Source: an uncultured virus (IMG/VR IMGVR_UViG_3300035497_000625) (taxonomy: Duplodnaviria; Heunggongvirae; Uroviricota; Caudoviricetes). From it: DNA of 20,000 nucleotides. Position numbers and translations under genes: made by a program. Within the stretch, counting starts at the first letter, position 1; every line of letters starts with the position of its first letter. This document shows positions 1 through 7,229 of the stretch, piece after piece. The notes below the pieces were generated by a model. It had not been told where the DNA came from and did not search any database. It saw only the letters and a program-made list of their open reading frames with translations. Location: the IMG/VR virus record IMGVR_UViG_3300035497_000625; one strand, written 5' to 3'.

Positions 1-196
1 TTCCTACCGCTACGCTGATTGCATAGCCTTTACCATTTGTATCCTTAAAGACTTCAGAAACATTTTCCATACCAAACTCTTCCACTAGTTTCTCTAGTAT
101 GAATTTGTTAAGGATTTCCTTTGCCTTATTTTTAACAGTAGTGCTGTTCTTGGTAGTTAGACCCATCTCTTCAGTGAAATTAACATAGTTAGCCAT
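1..196 (-). CDS. Hypothetical protein, runs off the window; paralog of 1455..2012
   Basis: Not in the ORF track. ATG at 196 after SD AGAAAGAGGT. Translates MANYVNFTEEMGLTTKNSTTVKNKAKEILNKFILEKLVEEFGMENVSEVFKDTNGKGYAISVAVG, which closely matches LTTKQSTTVKNRAKEALDKLIMKKLLEVFGEENVSEVFKDANGKGRAISVAVG. Confidence 0.9.
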   Translation of the reverse strand, partial: MANYVNFTEEMGLTTKNSTTVKNKAKEILNKFILEKLVEEFGMENVSEVFKDTNGKGYAISVAVG

Positions 197-200
197 ATAG

Positions 201-230
201 ACCTCTTTCTCCTACACTAACCAGTAGGCG
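201..230 (-). promoter_or_regulatory. Conserved leader hairpin abutting SD (copy 1)
   Basis: mRNA GCCUAC-UGGUUAGU-GUAGG-AGAAAGAGG; stem CCUAC/GUAGG. Confidence 0.6.
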
Positions 231-265
231 GTTTAATCAAGTTTTTATCTCTTTTCTATGATACT

Positions 266-294
266 ATTATATCATATTCTAGCCGATTTGTCAA
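266..294 (-). promoter_or_regulatory. Sigma-A promoter, perfect consensus
   Basis: TTGACA-17 bp-TATAAT with extended -10 TG (TGATATAAT). Confidence 0.9.
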
Positions 295-433
295 CCCCTT
301 AATTGTAAACATTTTATTAAGGTTTTTCTTGGTAGTCGGCTCTCTGTCCGCTGGTGTCTTTCCCTTTACTGTACTTCTATTATAGCACATCTAGAGCAGA
401 AAGTCAACCCCTTAATTGTAAACATTTTATTAA
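290..433. repeat. 31-bp direct repeat covering the -35/UP region of tandem promoters
   Basis: gtcaaccccttaattgtaaacattttattaa at 290-320 and 403-433. Confidence 0.85.
379..407 (-). promoter_or_regulatory. Sigma-A promoter
   Basis: TTGACT-17-TATAAT, extended -10 TGCTATAAT. Confidence 0.85.
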
Positions 434-510
434 TACATTTCTTGGTATCTACATTTCCATCCCCTGCCTTTCTGCCCCTCTAGGGCGTTCCTTATCTTTA
501 CTGTACCTAT

Positions 511-519
511 ATTATAGCA
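511..519 (-). promoter_or_regulatory. Extended -10 promoter with no recognisable -35
   Basis: TGCTATAAT in the same context (ctttactgtac...attatagcacat) as the 379 promoter. Confidence 0.55.
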
Positions 520-930
520 CATTCTACGGGCGGATGTGTTAACATTCTGTAAATAAATTATGAACAGTTTGTAAATACAATTACTGCCAAAAAATCAGGA
601 GGAATGGTAAGAATTGGGAGCCGCCCATAAGCCCGCCTTCCATTTTTTGCCAAACCACGTAGATACGCCCCTGTTAAACTCTGGTAACAACGTAGGTACG
701 CCCTCTATTTTTCCAATCTCCACCAGTGCGAATTACCAACCCCTCCCAATTTTCACGCAGTCTACCGCTTTCGACCCTATTAACCAATAGATGGGGTTAA
801 AAAGTTGAACCCCTCCAAACAACACACCTATGCAGTTCTCCGCACCCATTCGCATACTGACCCCTTGGAAAATTCTGGGGTGGATTGTAGATGCGTAGGT
901 ATCGCCCCTCAATAGGTACGAGGTTTCAAT

Positions 931-1370
931 GAGCTGGAAAAAGCTGGAAGGAGCTGTGTGAGCTGTGAGCTGGAGGGTCTATGAGCTGGAGACCTAGAGG
1001 AGCTGGAGGCCTCTAGGAGCTGTGGATGAGCTGGAAAAAGCTGGAAGGAGCTGCGTGTCAATAGGAGCTGGAAGGAGCTGTGAGCTGGAAGGAGCTGTGA
1101 GCTGGGTCAATAGGAAGTGAGCTGGGGAGCTGGAGACCTCTAGGAGCTGGAGACCTCTAGGAGCTGGAAAATCAATAGGAAAAGAATTGAGACCCTCCCA
1201 TATTTTCGCCGCCGCGTCAACTCCAGTGAGCTGTGTGAGCTGTGAAATCTCTAGGTTAGCTGGACGCGGGCGAATTGTCAACTAGATAAAGGCTGATGAG
1301 CTGGAAAAACGTTTAATGGTTTCGCCGCGAAATTACAAATTGTCAACCTCTAGGAGCTGTGTGGGCTGGA
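931..1370 (+). repeat. Non-coding array of GAGCTG hexamers mixed with CCTCTAGG and TCAATAGG motifs
   Basis: About 22 exact GAGCTG copies counted by eye, all on the + strand, with irregular spacing. Confidence 0.9.
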
Positions 1371-1406
1371 AACCCTAGAGGAGTTGGTGTTTGTTACCAC
1401 TATAAG

Positions 1407-1435
1407 AAAAAAACCCTAGAGGAGTACCTCTAGGG
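1407..1435 (-). terminator. Rho-independent terminator
   Basis: CCCTAGAGG/CCTCTAGGG 9-bp stem, 4-nt loop, followed by T7 on the minus strand, downstream of CDS 1455..2012. Confidence 0.8.
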
Positions 1436-1439
1436 ATAT

Positions 1440-1468
1440 AAAAAAGAGGAGGGGTTATTCCCCCTCCT
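1440..1468 (-). terminator. Second terminator-like hairpin overlapping the stop codon
   Basis: AGGAGGGG/CCCCTCCT 8-bp stem followed by C and T6 on the minus strand. Confidence 0.55.
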
Positions 1469-2012
1469 TAGTTTCCTCTTGAGCTGTGTCGCTCTTGGAT
1501 TCCTTTTGAGCCTTGATAGCTTCTCTTCTCTCCTTGTCCTTTTGCTTCTTGGCTTCCTTTTCCTTTTCCTTATTCGCCTTGGTCTGTGCCTTTTCCTCTA
1601 GGGCGTTCTTATAGATTTCTGCCTCTGTTAGTCTGTCGTAGATGTCGGTGTAGGATGTGCCAGATGCTGTCTTCCTAGAGGTAGCTGTGATTGCCTTTGC
1701 AGTAAGCTCAACGTTGACACAAACCTCGATTGGGAAACCGCCCTCATCTTCAACAGTTCCAACTGCCACACTGATTGCTCTGCCCTTACCATTAGCATCC
1801 TTAAAGACCTCACTCACATTCTCTTCTCCGAAGACCTCTAGGAGTTTTTTCATTATTAGTTTGTCTAAAGCTTCCTTTGCTCTATTCTTAACGGTTGTGG
1901 ATTGCTTTGTAGTTAAATCGCTAAAATCAACTCTCATAGTACTCTCCTTTACCTCTAGGTTCTCTTGGTTTACAACTTCATTAACATTAGTATTAGCAGT
2001 AGTATTTGTCAT
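1455..2012 (-). CDS. Hypothetical protein (185 aa) with Lys/Glu-rich coiled-coil C-terminus
   Basis: Start moved to ATG 2012 (MTNTTAN) after SD AGAAAGAGGT. Has its own promoter and terminator. Paralog at 1..196. Confidence 0.9.
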   Translation of the reverse strand: MTNTTANTNVNEVVNQENLEVKESTMRVDFSDLTTKQSTTVKNRAKEALDKLIMKKLLEVFGEENVSEVFKDANGKGRAISVAVGTVEDEGGFPIEVCVNVELTAKAITATSRKTASGTSYTDIYDRLTEAEIYKNALEEKAQTKANKEKEKEAKKQKDKERREAIKAQKESKSDTAQEETKEGE

Positions 2013-2016
2013 AACG

Positions 2017-2046
2017 ACCTCTTTCTCCAACACTAGGTAGTTGGCG
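2017..2046 (-). promoter_or_regulatory. Conserved leader hairpin abutting SD (copy 2)
   Basis: mRNA GCCAAC-UACCUAGU-GUUGG-AGAAAGAGG; stem CCAAC/GUUGG. Confidence 0.6.
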
Positions 2047-2080
2047 ACCTCACTATTCGTTTCTCTCATTTACTATAATT

Positions 2081-2109
2081 ATTATACCACAGGCTGTGGA
2101 CTTTTTCAA
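2081..2109 (-). promoter_or_regulatory. Sigma-A promoter (repeat family)
   Basis: TTGAAA-17-TATAAT, TGG extension, followed by AGTAAATGAG. Confidence 0.85.
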
Positions 2110-2110
2110 C

Positions 2111-2323
2111 TTAGTTGCTCTTGCTAGAGTAGGTGATGTAGAATCTCTCGGTGAAGTGTGCTGATGGAGATTGACCCTCTCTGATACGTGAGTCTAGGTT
2201 GTCGAGCCAAAGTCTAAAGGCTGAGGTCTTTGATGGGATGTATTCGTCAAGGAATAGTTTTAGCTCTACTCCATCAAAGCACTCATGGTATCTGTTGGTT
2301 TCCTTATCATAAACTGTATACAT
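2111..2323 (-). CDS. Hypothetical protein (70 aa)
   Basis: Start moved to ATG 2323 (MYTVYDKETN) after SD AAAGGAGA; the longer ORF reads through the promoter. Confidence 0.8.
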   Translation of the reverse strand: MYTVYDKETNRYHECFDGVELKLFLDEYIPSKTSAFRLWLDNLDSRIREGQSPSAHFTERFYITYSSKSN

Positions 2324-2366
2324 AAGCTTTTCTCCTTTCGGTTTCTCTCTCTCATTTACTATAGAT

Positions 2367-2395
2367 ATTATATCATAGAGTGGAGGTTTTTTCAA
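2367..2395 (-). promoter_or_regulatory. Sigma-A promoter (repeat family)
   Basis: TTGAAA-17-TATAAT, TGA extension, followed by AGTAAATGAG. Confidence 0.85.
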
Positions 2396-2533
2396 CTGGG
2401 TGACCCCGCCTATTTTGTGAGCCTCTAGAGGATAGCCCCTCTAGTTTATATGACCAAAAGCTCCTCTAGGGTAGTCCCCCCTTTAATCAATAGGAATAGG
2501 TCTGGGGTATCCCTCCCCTCATTTTCTATTATA

Positions 2534-2562
2534 ATTATAGCATAGTTTGTGAAATTTTTCAA
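2534..2562 (-). promoter_or_regulatory. Sigma-A promoter (repeat family) with no ORF directly downstream
   Basis: TTGAAA-17-TATAAT, TGC extension. Confidence 0.8.
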
Positions 2563-2821
2563 CTAAATCAATAGGAAAAGAACAAAGCCCGCCATAAAAC
2601 AGTTAAAAAGTATATTAGAAATTGTATAGTGTGGACGATTTTATGTGGTTTCGCGGCGAAAAATGTATTGGTTTTGATAGAATAAAGGACGATTCTGTTT
2701 GATTTTGTGTAGAATACGCCCCTTTTTATGTATAAAATTGAATGTATTTGATGTTTTCTAGAGGAGTTTTGTCAATATAATTGTGCCCGCGAGCTGTAAA
2801 AAGCTATGAGCTGGAACGCCT

Positions 2822-3649
2822 CTAGGTTTCTTCTTGAATATTATACTGTCCCTTTATTCTGTCATACATCTCTTTTGCTTCATTATTAGTTTCTAACTCC
2901 TCTAGACTAAAATCATCAATCTTATAGCTGATATAGTAATAAACTTCACTAATCTTAAATGATGGGATAGCCCCGCCTTTTCGATTAGGAATAATACCCT
3001 CCCTGTATTCAATTAGACCTACCCCTCTAAGAAATATTAAAGCTTTTCTTATCTCTGCATCTGTATGGGCACTGATAGTATAACCTAGTGTATCTCTAAT
3101 TTGTTCAAAGGTTAACACTTTAAATTGTCTATGCTGGAATACACAAGTATCTCTATAGGCACAACATAATAAATATAGTTTTAATTCTAATTCTGATACC
3201 TTAAATGTCTTGTTTAACGTTTCTAGTGTAGTCTCTGGCACTGGAGTAAAAGGTTTTGGACATGGTATATAGTACACTCCATTCTTTTCATATCTATATC
3301 TGGATGTCCAAACGCTAAAACATTCTTTATCAACTGCTTTTAGATATTCTTTACGGTCTTCATAATCCCCCTCATTAATATATGTAAATTGATATTCTCC
3401 ATTATAAGAGACTAATTGTGATTGTTCTAATTGATACATATATCTTTTAACTGTCTTGTCAGTAATACCAATTGCTTCTTTTATTTTAGTTAGCATTAAA
3501 TCTTTTTGTCTGAACATTCTAGTGTTCTCAGGGTATGAAGCTAAACCTGAAATACAATTTAAATACGTATATAGTTTCATTGGATTATCCACAATCTTCT
3601 CCTCCTTTACTGGCATTGATGCAGAATTTTCTGGTTGTTGCTTATGCAT
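2822..3649 (-). CDS. Putative replication initiator with two winged-helix domains (275 aa)
   Basis: SD AGGAGG. Two HTH-like segments (LTKIKEAIGITDKTVKRYMYQLEQSQLVSY; LTFEQIRDTLGY...EIRKALIFLRGVGLIEY), each preceded by a KLY helix. Lies next to iteron-like repeats. Function is inferred. Confidence 0.65.
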   Translation of the reverse strand: MHKQQPENSASMPVKEEKIVDNPMKLYTYLNCISGLASYPENTRMFRQKDLMLTKIKEAIGITDKTVKRYMYQLEQSQLVSYNGEYQFTYINEGDYEDRKEYLKAVDKECFSVWTSRYRYEKNGVYYIPCPKPFTPVPETTLETLNKTFKVSELELKLYLLCCAYRDTCVFQHRQFKVLTFEQIRDTLGYTISAHTDAEIRKALIFLRGVGLIEYREGIIPNRKGGAIPSFKISEVYYYISYKIDDFSLEELETNNEAKEMYDRIKGQYNIQEET

Positions 3650-3740
3650 TATTACATTCCTCCTGTTTTTATTTTCTGGTAATTGCTTACCTATAATTTA
3701 TGTATAATTCCCAGTTAGGAATTATAGAAAAGTCGGAATC

Positions 3741-3840
3741 GGATTTTTTTCTACCGTTCTCGAAAATTTTTCTACCGTTCTTAGAAAATTTTTCTACCGT
3801 TCCTCGGATTTTTTTCTACCGTTCTTCGGAAATTTTTCTA
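3741..3840. repeat. Iteron-like array 1 (putative origin)
   Basis: TTTTTCTACCGTTC x4 plus a partial fifth copy; CTA cores at 3751, 3772, 3794, 3816, 3838 (21-22 bp period). Confidence 0.85.
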
Positions 3841-3970
3841 TCATATAGTATGATATGGGACAAGGTAGAAAGATAACGTAGAAAATAACGAACTCTTTAT
3901 TGGAATTTTAGTTCGGATAACGATATGGAAAATTCTCACAAAAATTTTTTTCAATAGTTAACCAAAAGGA

Positions 3971-4032
3971 AAAATCACAAAAAGTTCTACCAAACTTCAC
4001 AAAAAGTTCTACCGAAAATCACAAAAAGTTCT
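3971..4032. repeat. Iteron-like array 2
   Basis: TCACAAAAAGTTCT(ACC) at 3975, 3997, 4019 (22 bp period); shares the TTCTACC core with array 1. Confidence 0.85.
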
Positions 4033-4259
4033 GTCAATCCCTATCAATTTTCCTGTCAATTTTTTAGGTAGGTCTTATCAAAATTTTATGTAGGTCTATC
4101 AATTTTTTTCTTTTTTGATTGCTCTTTAAATCAAAAGGAAATCAACCCATAACCTTACTCCCTTACTATGCCGATTAACCTCAACCCATAACCTCAAACC
4201 AGTAACCCTCCTCTTTAATTAATCAAAAGAAAAAGAACCAACTCTCCTTTAACACCTCT

Positions 4260-4591
4260 TAAGTAATAACAAACACAATTTTCTCAAATCTTTTCCTCCC
4301 TCTTATTGCCGTCAAAATTTACGTTAACGTTAAACGTTAAAGGACTACTGGGAAAAATTGTTTTGCAATAAGCCTCACAGCTCCGCTGTTCGTTTATTGC
4401 AAAAAATTTTTCCTCTTCGGAAATTGTTTTGCAACAAGCCTCACAGCTACGCTCCGCTCCGCTGTTCGTTTGTAGCAAAAAATTTCCGTTCTTTCTTTTT
4501 TTTTAAATTTAAATCAAGAGGAAAAGAAAAAAGAAGGAAGTAATAGTAATACGACTAACAAAACCTAAGTAACAACAAACAAAATTTTCTC
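4260..4591. repeat. 26-bp direct repeat flanking the tandem hairpins
   Basis: taagtaataacaaacacaattttctc (4260-4285) versus taagtaacaacaaacaaaattttctc (4566-4591), 2 mismatches. Confidence 0.75.
4351..4488 (-). repeat. Tandem duplicated long imperfect hairpins
   Basis: Copies at 4351-4413 and 4418-4488. Arms ttttgcaataa/ttattgcaaaa and ttttgcaacaa/ttgtagcaaaa. Apex ACAGC-GGA-GCTGT on the minus strand in copy 1. Confidence 0.8.
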
Positions 4592-4592
4592 T

Positions 4593-4913
4593 TTAATTTT
4601 TCGTCCACCCCAAATAGGAATTTAAAAACCTATTAAAGACCTCTAGTCCTTTAGAATTAAATCTCCAACTACTACGCCCGCCGTTAAAATCCTTACCAAT
4701 ACTAATCAACTCCCTCACGCTATAGTCATTGAGTAGGTTTTCGGGGCAATATGAGTAGTCGATTCCACTAGGGGAAATCAGTACTGGAGTATCACTTGCC
4801 TTGCCCTTTAAAATTAATTGGGGAAGCTCCACTGGAACTCCCCTTAATCTCGCTATTTCTTCAACGCTTAGTCCAAACTCTGCGTCCATTTTAATATCGT
4901 CTGTTAGTCCCAT
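4593..4913 (-). CDS. Hypothetical protein with possible N-terminal HTH (106 aa)
   Basis: SD AGAGAGGA inside the end of the upstream gene; GLSVEEIARLRGVPVE resembles an HTH. Confidence 0.7.
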   Translation of the reverse strand: MGLTDDIKMDAEFGLSVEEIARLRGVPVELPQLILKGKASDTPVLISPSGIDYSYCPENLLNDYSVRELISIGKDFNGGRSSWRFNSKGLEVFNRFLNSYLGWTKN

Positions 4914-4914
4914 T

Positions 4915-5580
4915 TTATTTCCTCTCTATTATGAATCGATTGCCTTTGTCTGTTGTTATAAGTAGTCCTGTGGTTTTTGACTCTATTATTTGTTGATAGG
5001 ATTCAAGGATTCTTTTAGTATAGATTTGATTAACTTTGTTATCTCGATAGTAGGGGTGGTCAGATTGGATTTGCTCTTTAATGTAGGTTTCAACCTCAGG
5101 CTCACTAAAGAAAATTGTTACAGCATCTAGTAGTGTTTCTGCCCCAGCCGTCATAAAGCACGTTCCATCACTATAGTAGCCTTTTACGGAATAAGGGAAA
5201 CGGCTTTCTTTAGGAATTATTTCAACCGTTACATCCTCATACTCACAATAGGTTTGCCCGCTATTAACTGCGTCTGCAATCATTTCTTTTAAATCGTTAA
5301 TTGCTATTGATATTTGGCGGTCAATAAAAGCGTCATAACCCTCAGGGTCAAGGGTTTTAAATACTTCGTCATACTCGTAAGCTACTCCAGTTGGAAGCAC
5401 TATTGATTCATGGGCATAGACTAGACGAGTATCGATTGTTTCGTAGTAGTTTGACTTCTCAATTATTTCGTCCGCCGTCTCAAAATCATTTCCGTTTACT
5501 CGATAGATGTAGTTGGAACAGATTTGATTTATGTTTTCCTTTTGACATAGTTTATTTAAGAATAGGTTTGATTCGTTCAT
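4915..5580 (-). CDS. Acidic hypothetical protein (221 aa); C-terminal part resembles 7230..7586
   Basis: SD AAAGGAGG. PYSVKGYYSDG...AETLLDAV aligns with PYQVYFYYNDG...ASNLRNAL. Confidence 0.85.
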   Translation of the reverse strand: MNESNLFLNKLCQKENINQICSNYIYRVNGNDFETADEIIEKSNYYETIDTRLVYAHESIVLPTGVAYEYDEVFKTLDPEGYDAFIDRQISIAINDLKEMIADAVNSGQTYCEYEDVTVEIIPKESRFPYSVKGYYSDGTCFMTAGAETLLDAVTIFFSEPEVETYIKEQIQSDHPYYRDNKVNQIYTKRILESYQQIIESKTTGLLITTDKGNRFIIERK

Positions 5581-5606
5581 ATGCTTTTCCTCCTTTAAGA
5601 TATGGA

Positions 5607-5694
5607 TGGTAATTGTAAATACGGAGAGCGTAGCTCGGAGTATTTACAATTACCAGACACGGCGACATCTTGGAGCGTAGCTCCAAGTGTCGTC
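5607..5694 (+). repeat. Two adjacent hairpins capped by GC-GTA-GC triloops
   Basis: 16-bp perfect arms tggtaattgtaaatac/gtatttacaattacca around gagc-gta-gctc (5607-5655); ggcgaca-t-cttggagc-gta-gctccaag-tgtcgtc (5661-5694). Confidence 0.85.
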
Positions 5695-5734
5695 TACTTA
5701 ACGTGGTTTTTACTTACTTGATTTGCGGGCGAAA

Positions 5735-6481
5735 TTACCTCATATAGAAACAAACTATTTGGTCGAATACTTGAACGTATTTGAGATTTGAACTTAAAGC
5801 TTCGTGGAATCTATAGCTAATGTATTCGTTTGTATCACTTACTAATTCTCTAGTAAAGCCTTCTAGGTCTCCTTCACTTGGTTCATCGCCGTCATAATAT
5901 GATTCGAAAGCTTCGATTAGGTCGTCCTCTGTTGGGTATGTAGTGTTGATATAGTCATTAACGTATTCATCAATAGAGGAATATTGCTTATCAAAAGCTA
6001 GTAAGTCGTCATTTGTAAGATGGTAGGTTGAGAATTGAATCTTTCCAGTATCATTCCACTTGTCTAGTATTTGCTCTACTGCATAGTCTGGGAGGTCTCT
6101 TTTTGAATTAAGATATTTGGCTTTTAAAGCAATTTTCTCTAAGTCGTTTTCTCTCTCGCTTTCACTCTCTAGCTCCTCTATGTCTTCCTCTGTAAGAATG
6201 TCCATCTCTCTTTGGGAGAAGACTGGCTCGTCTACCACACCCTCTGATAAGATTCTATCAAGGTCGCTATCAATACAACAATCGTCATCATCCTCATATT
6301 CCCCCTCACATATGTCTTTAATCAATAGGTAGTTACCTATTTGTGTTGCTTTGCCCGCACAAAGATAAGGTAAAGTCTCTGTTAGTCTTGGATGGAAATC
6401 AAGCACTGTACCTACTTGAGCGTAGTTGATGCAAGATTCGATAAATTCAGTACCATCAGCAGTAAAGATTAAAATACTCAT
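5735..6481 (-). CDS. Highly acidic hypothetical protein (248 aa)
   Basis: Start moved to ATG 6481 (MSILIF) after SD AGAAAGAGG; D/E-rich throughout. Confidence 0.85.
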   Translation of the reverse strand: MSILIFTADGTEFIESCINYAQVGTVLDFHPRLTETLPYLCAGKATQIGNYLLIKDICEGEYEDDDDCCIDSDLDRILSEGVVDEPVFSQREMDILTEEDIEELESESERENDLEKIALKAKYLNSKRDLPDYAVEQILDKWNDTGKIQFSTYHLTNDDLLAFDKQYSSIDEYVNDYINTTYPTEDDLIEAFESYYDGDEPSEGDLEGFTRELVSDTNEYISYRFHEALSSNLKYVQVFDQIVCFYMR

Positions 6482-6486
6482 ATAAG

Positions 6487-6515
6487 CCTCTTTCTCCGAC
6501 ACTTAAGCAGTCGGC
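6487..6515 (-). promoter_or_regulatory. Conserved leader hairpin abutting SD (copy 3)
   Basis: mRNA GCCGAC-UGCUUAAGU-GUCGG-AGAAAGAGG; stem CCGAC/GUCGG. Confidence 0.6.
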
Positions 6516-6548
6516 TCTTTAACTTTGCTTTTCTCATTTACTATAGTT

Positions 6549-6577
6549 ATTATACCATAGACTGTGGGTTTTTTCAA
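6549..6577 (-). promoter_or_regulatory. Sigma-A promoter (repeat family)
   Basis: TTGAAA-17-TATAAT, TGG extension, followed by AGTAAATGAG. Confidence 0.85.
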
Positions 6578-6591
6578 TTGAGTTACTCGGG

Positions 6592-6918
6592 CTAATCTTT
6601 TAATTCAATTGTCTTAATCCTAATATAAAGGGCATTGTCGTCAAAATTCCATTCCTCATTAGGACAATTAGTATCATGAGTACAATTCCAATCTCTAAAG
6701 GAGAACTCTTCTAGAACTCCAAGATTCTTTCCTTCTGCCATTCTACCAATTCCGCCCGCACCTTGTTGGATTGGATTGTCATCAAGTAGCTGTTCTATCA
6801 TGTAGCGTCCTATTGTTTCATAGATAAAGGAATAAGCTTTTTCTAGAGTAAGGAAACCATATTCCTTAACGAACTCGTTGTCTTCGTTGATAAGCACAAC
6901 ATATAATTGCTTTTTCAT
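6592..6918 (-). CDS. Hypothetical protein (108 aa)
   Basis: ATG 6918 (MKKQLYVV), 7 nt after AGGAGG. Confidence 0.8.
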   Translation of the reverse strand: MKKQLYVVLINEDNEFVKEYGFLTLEKAYSFIYETIGRYMIEQLLDDNPIQQGAGGIGRMAEGKNLGVLEEFSFRDWNCTHDTNCPNEEWNFDDNALYIRIKTIELKD

Positions 6919-6929
6919 TAACACCCCTC

Positions 6930-7133
6930 CTATATTACTTGCCCGCAGATTGGACAGATTGCTTCGTTTTTGCTATTGACTTCAAGATAAGGGAAATCAA
7001 CAGCAGTCACTGTATCTCCACATTGAGAACAGATAAAGCCGTCCTCATCCATTTTATCGGCATCCATACAAAGTAGTATAAAGTCTCTGATTTCAACTTT
7101 TCCATTTTCAATAAACTTTTCATTAACAACCAT
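6930..7133 (-). CDS. Small zinc-ribbon protein (67 aa)
   Basis: CSQCG...CPICG pairs; SD GGAGG. Confidence 0.8.
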   Translation of the reverse strand: MVVNEKFIENGKVEIRDFILLCMDADKMDEDGFICSQCGDTVTAVDFPYLEVNSKNEAICPICGQVI

Positions 7134-7194
7134 GTTATTTCCTCCGCCACAGTGGGCTTAATCTCTAGGTTTATCTCTCTCATTTACTATAATA

Positions 7195-7223
7195 ATTATA
7201 GCATAGGGGAGAATTTTTTTCAA
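7195..7223 (-). promoter_or_regulatory. Sigma-A promoter (repeat family)
   Basis: TTGAAA-17-TATAAT, TGC extension, followed by AGTAAATGAG. Confidence 0.85.
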
Positions 7224-7229
7224 TTAAGT

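Noticed and set aside
994..1281. 95-aa minus-strand ORF
   Set aside because: It is the translation of the GAGCTG repeat (QL/SS/AP units), has no SD and lies downstream of two terminators.
3741..4032. CRISPR array interpretation of the tandem repeats or of the promoter repeats
   Set aside because: A 22-bp period leaves no room for spacers, the promoter repeats are separated by whole genes, and no cas gene is visible.
4143..4210. Hexamer-like aacccat/aacctc repeats as a coding linker or tRNA
   Set aside because: No supported ORF and no cloverleaf; the repeats are too degenerate to call beyond being origin-proximal low-complexity DNA.
4284..4543. ORFs 4284..4478 (-) and 4358..4543 (+)
   Set aside because: Their internal peptide repeats simply mirror the duplicated DNA hairpins; no SD.
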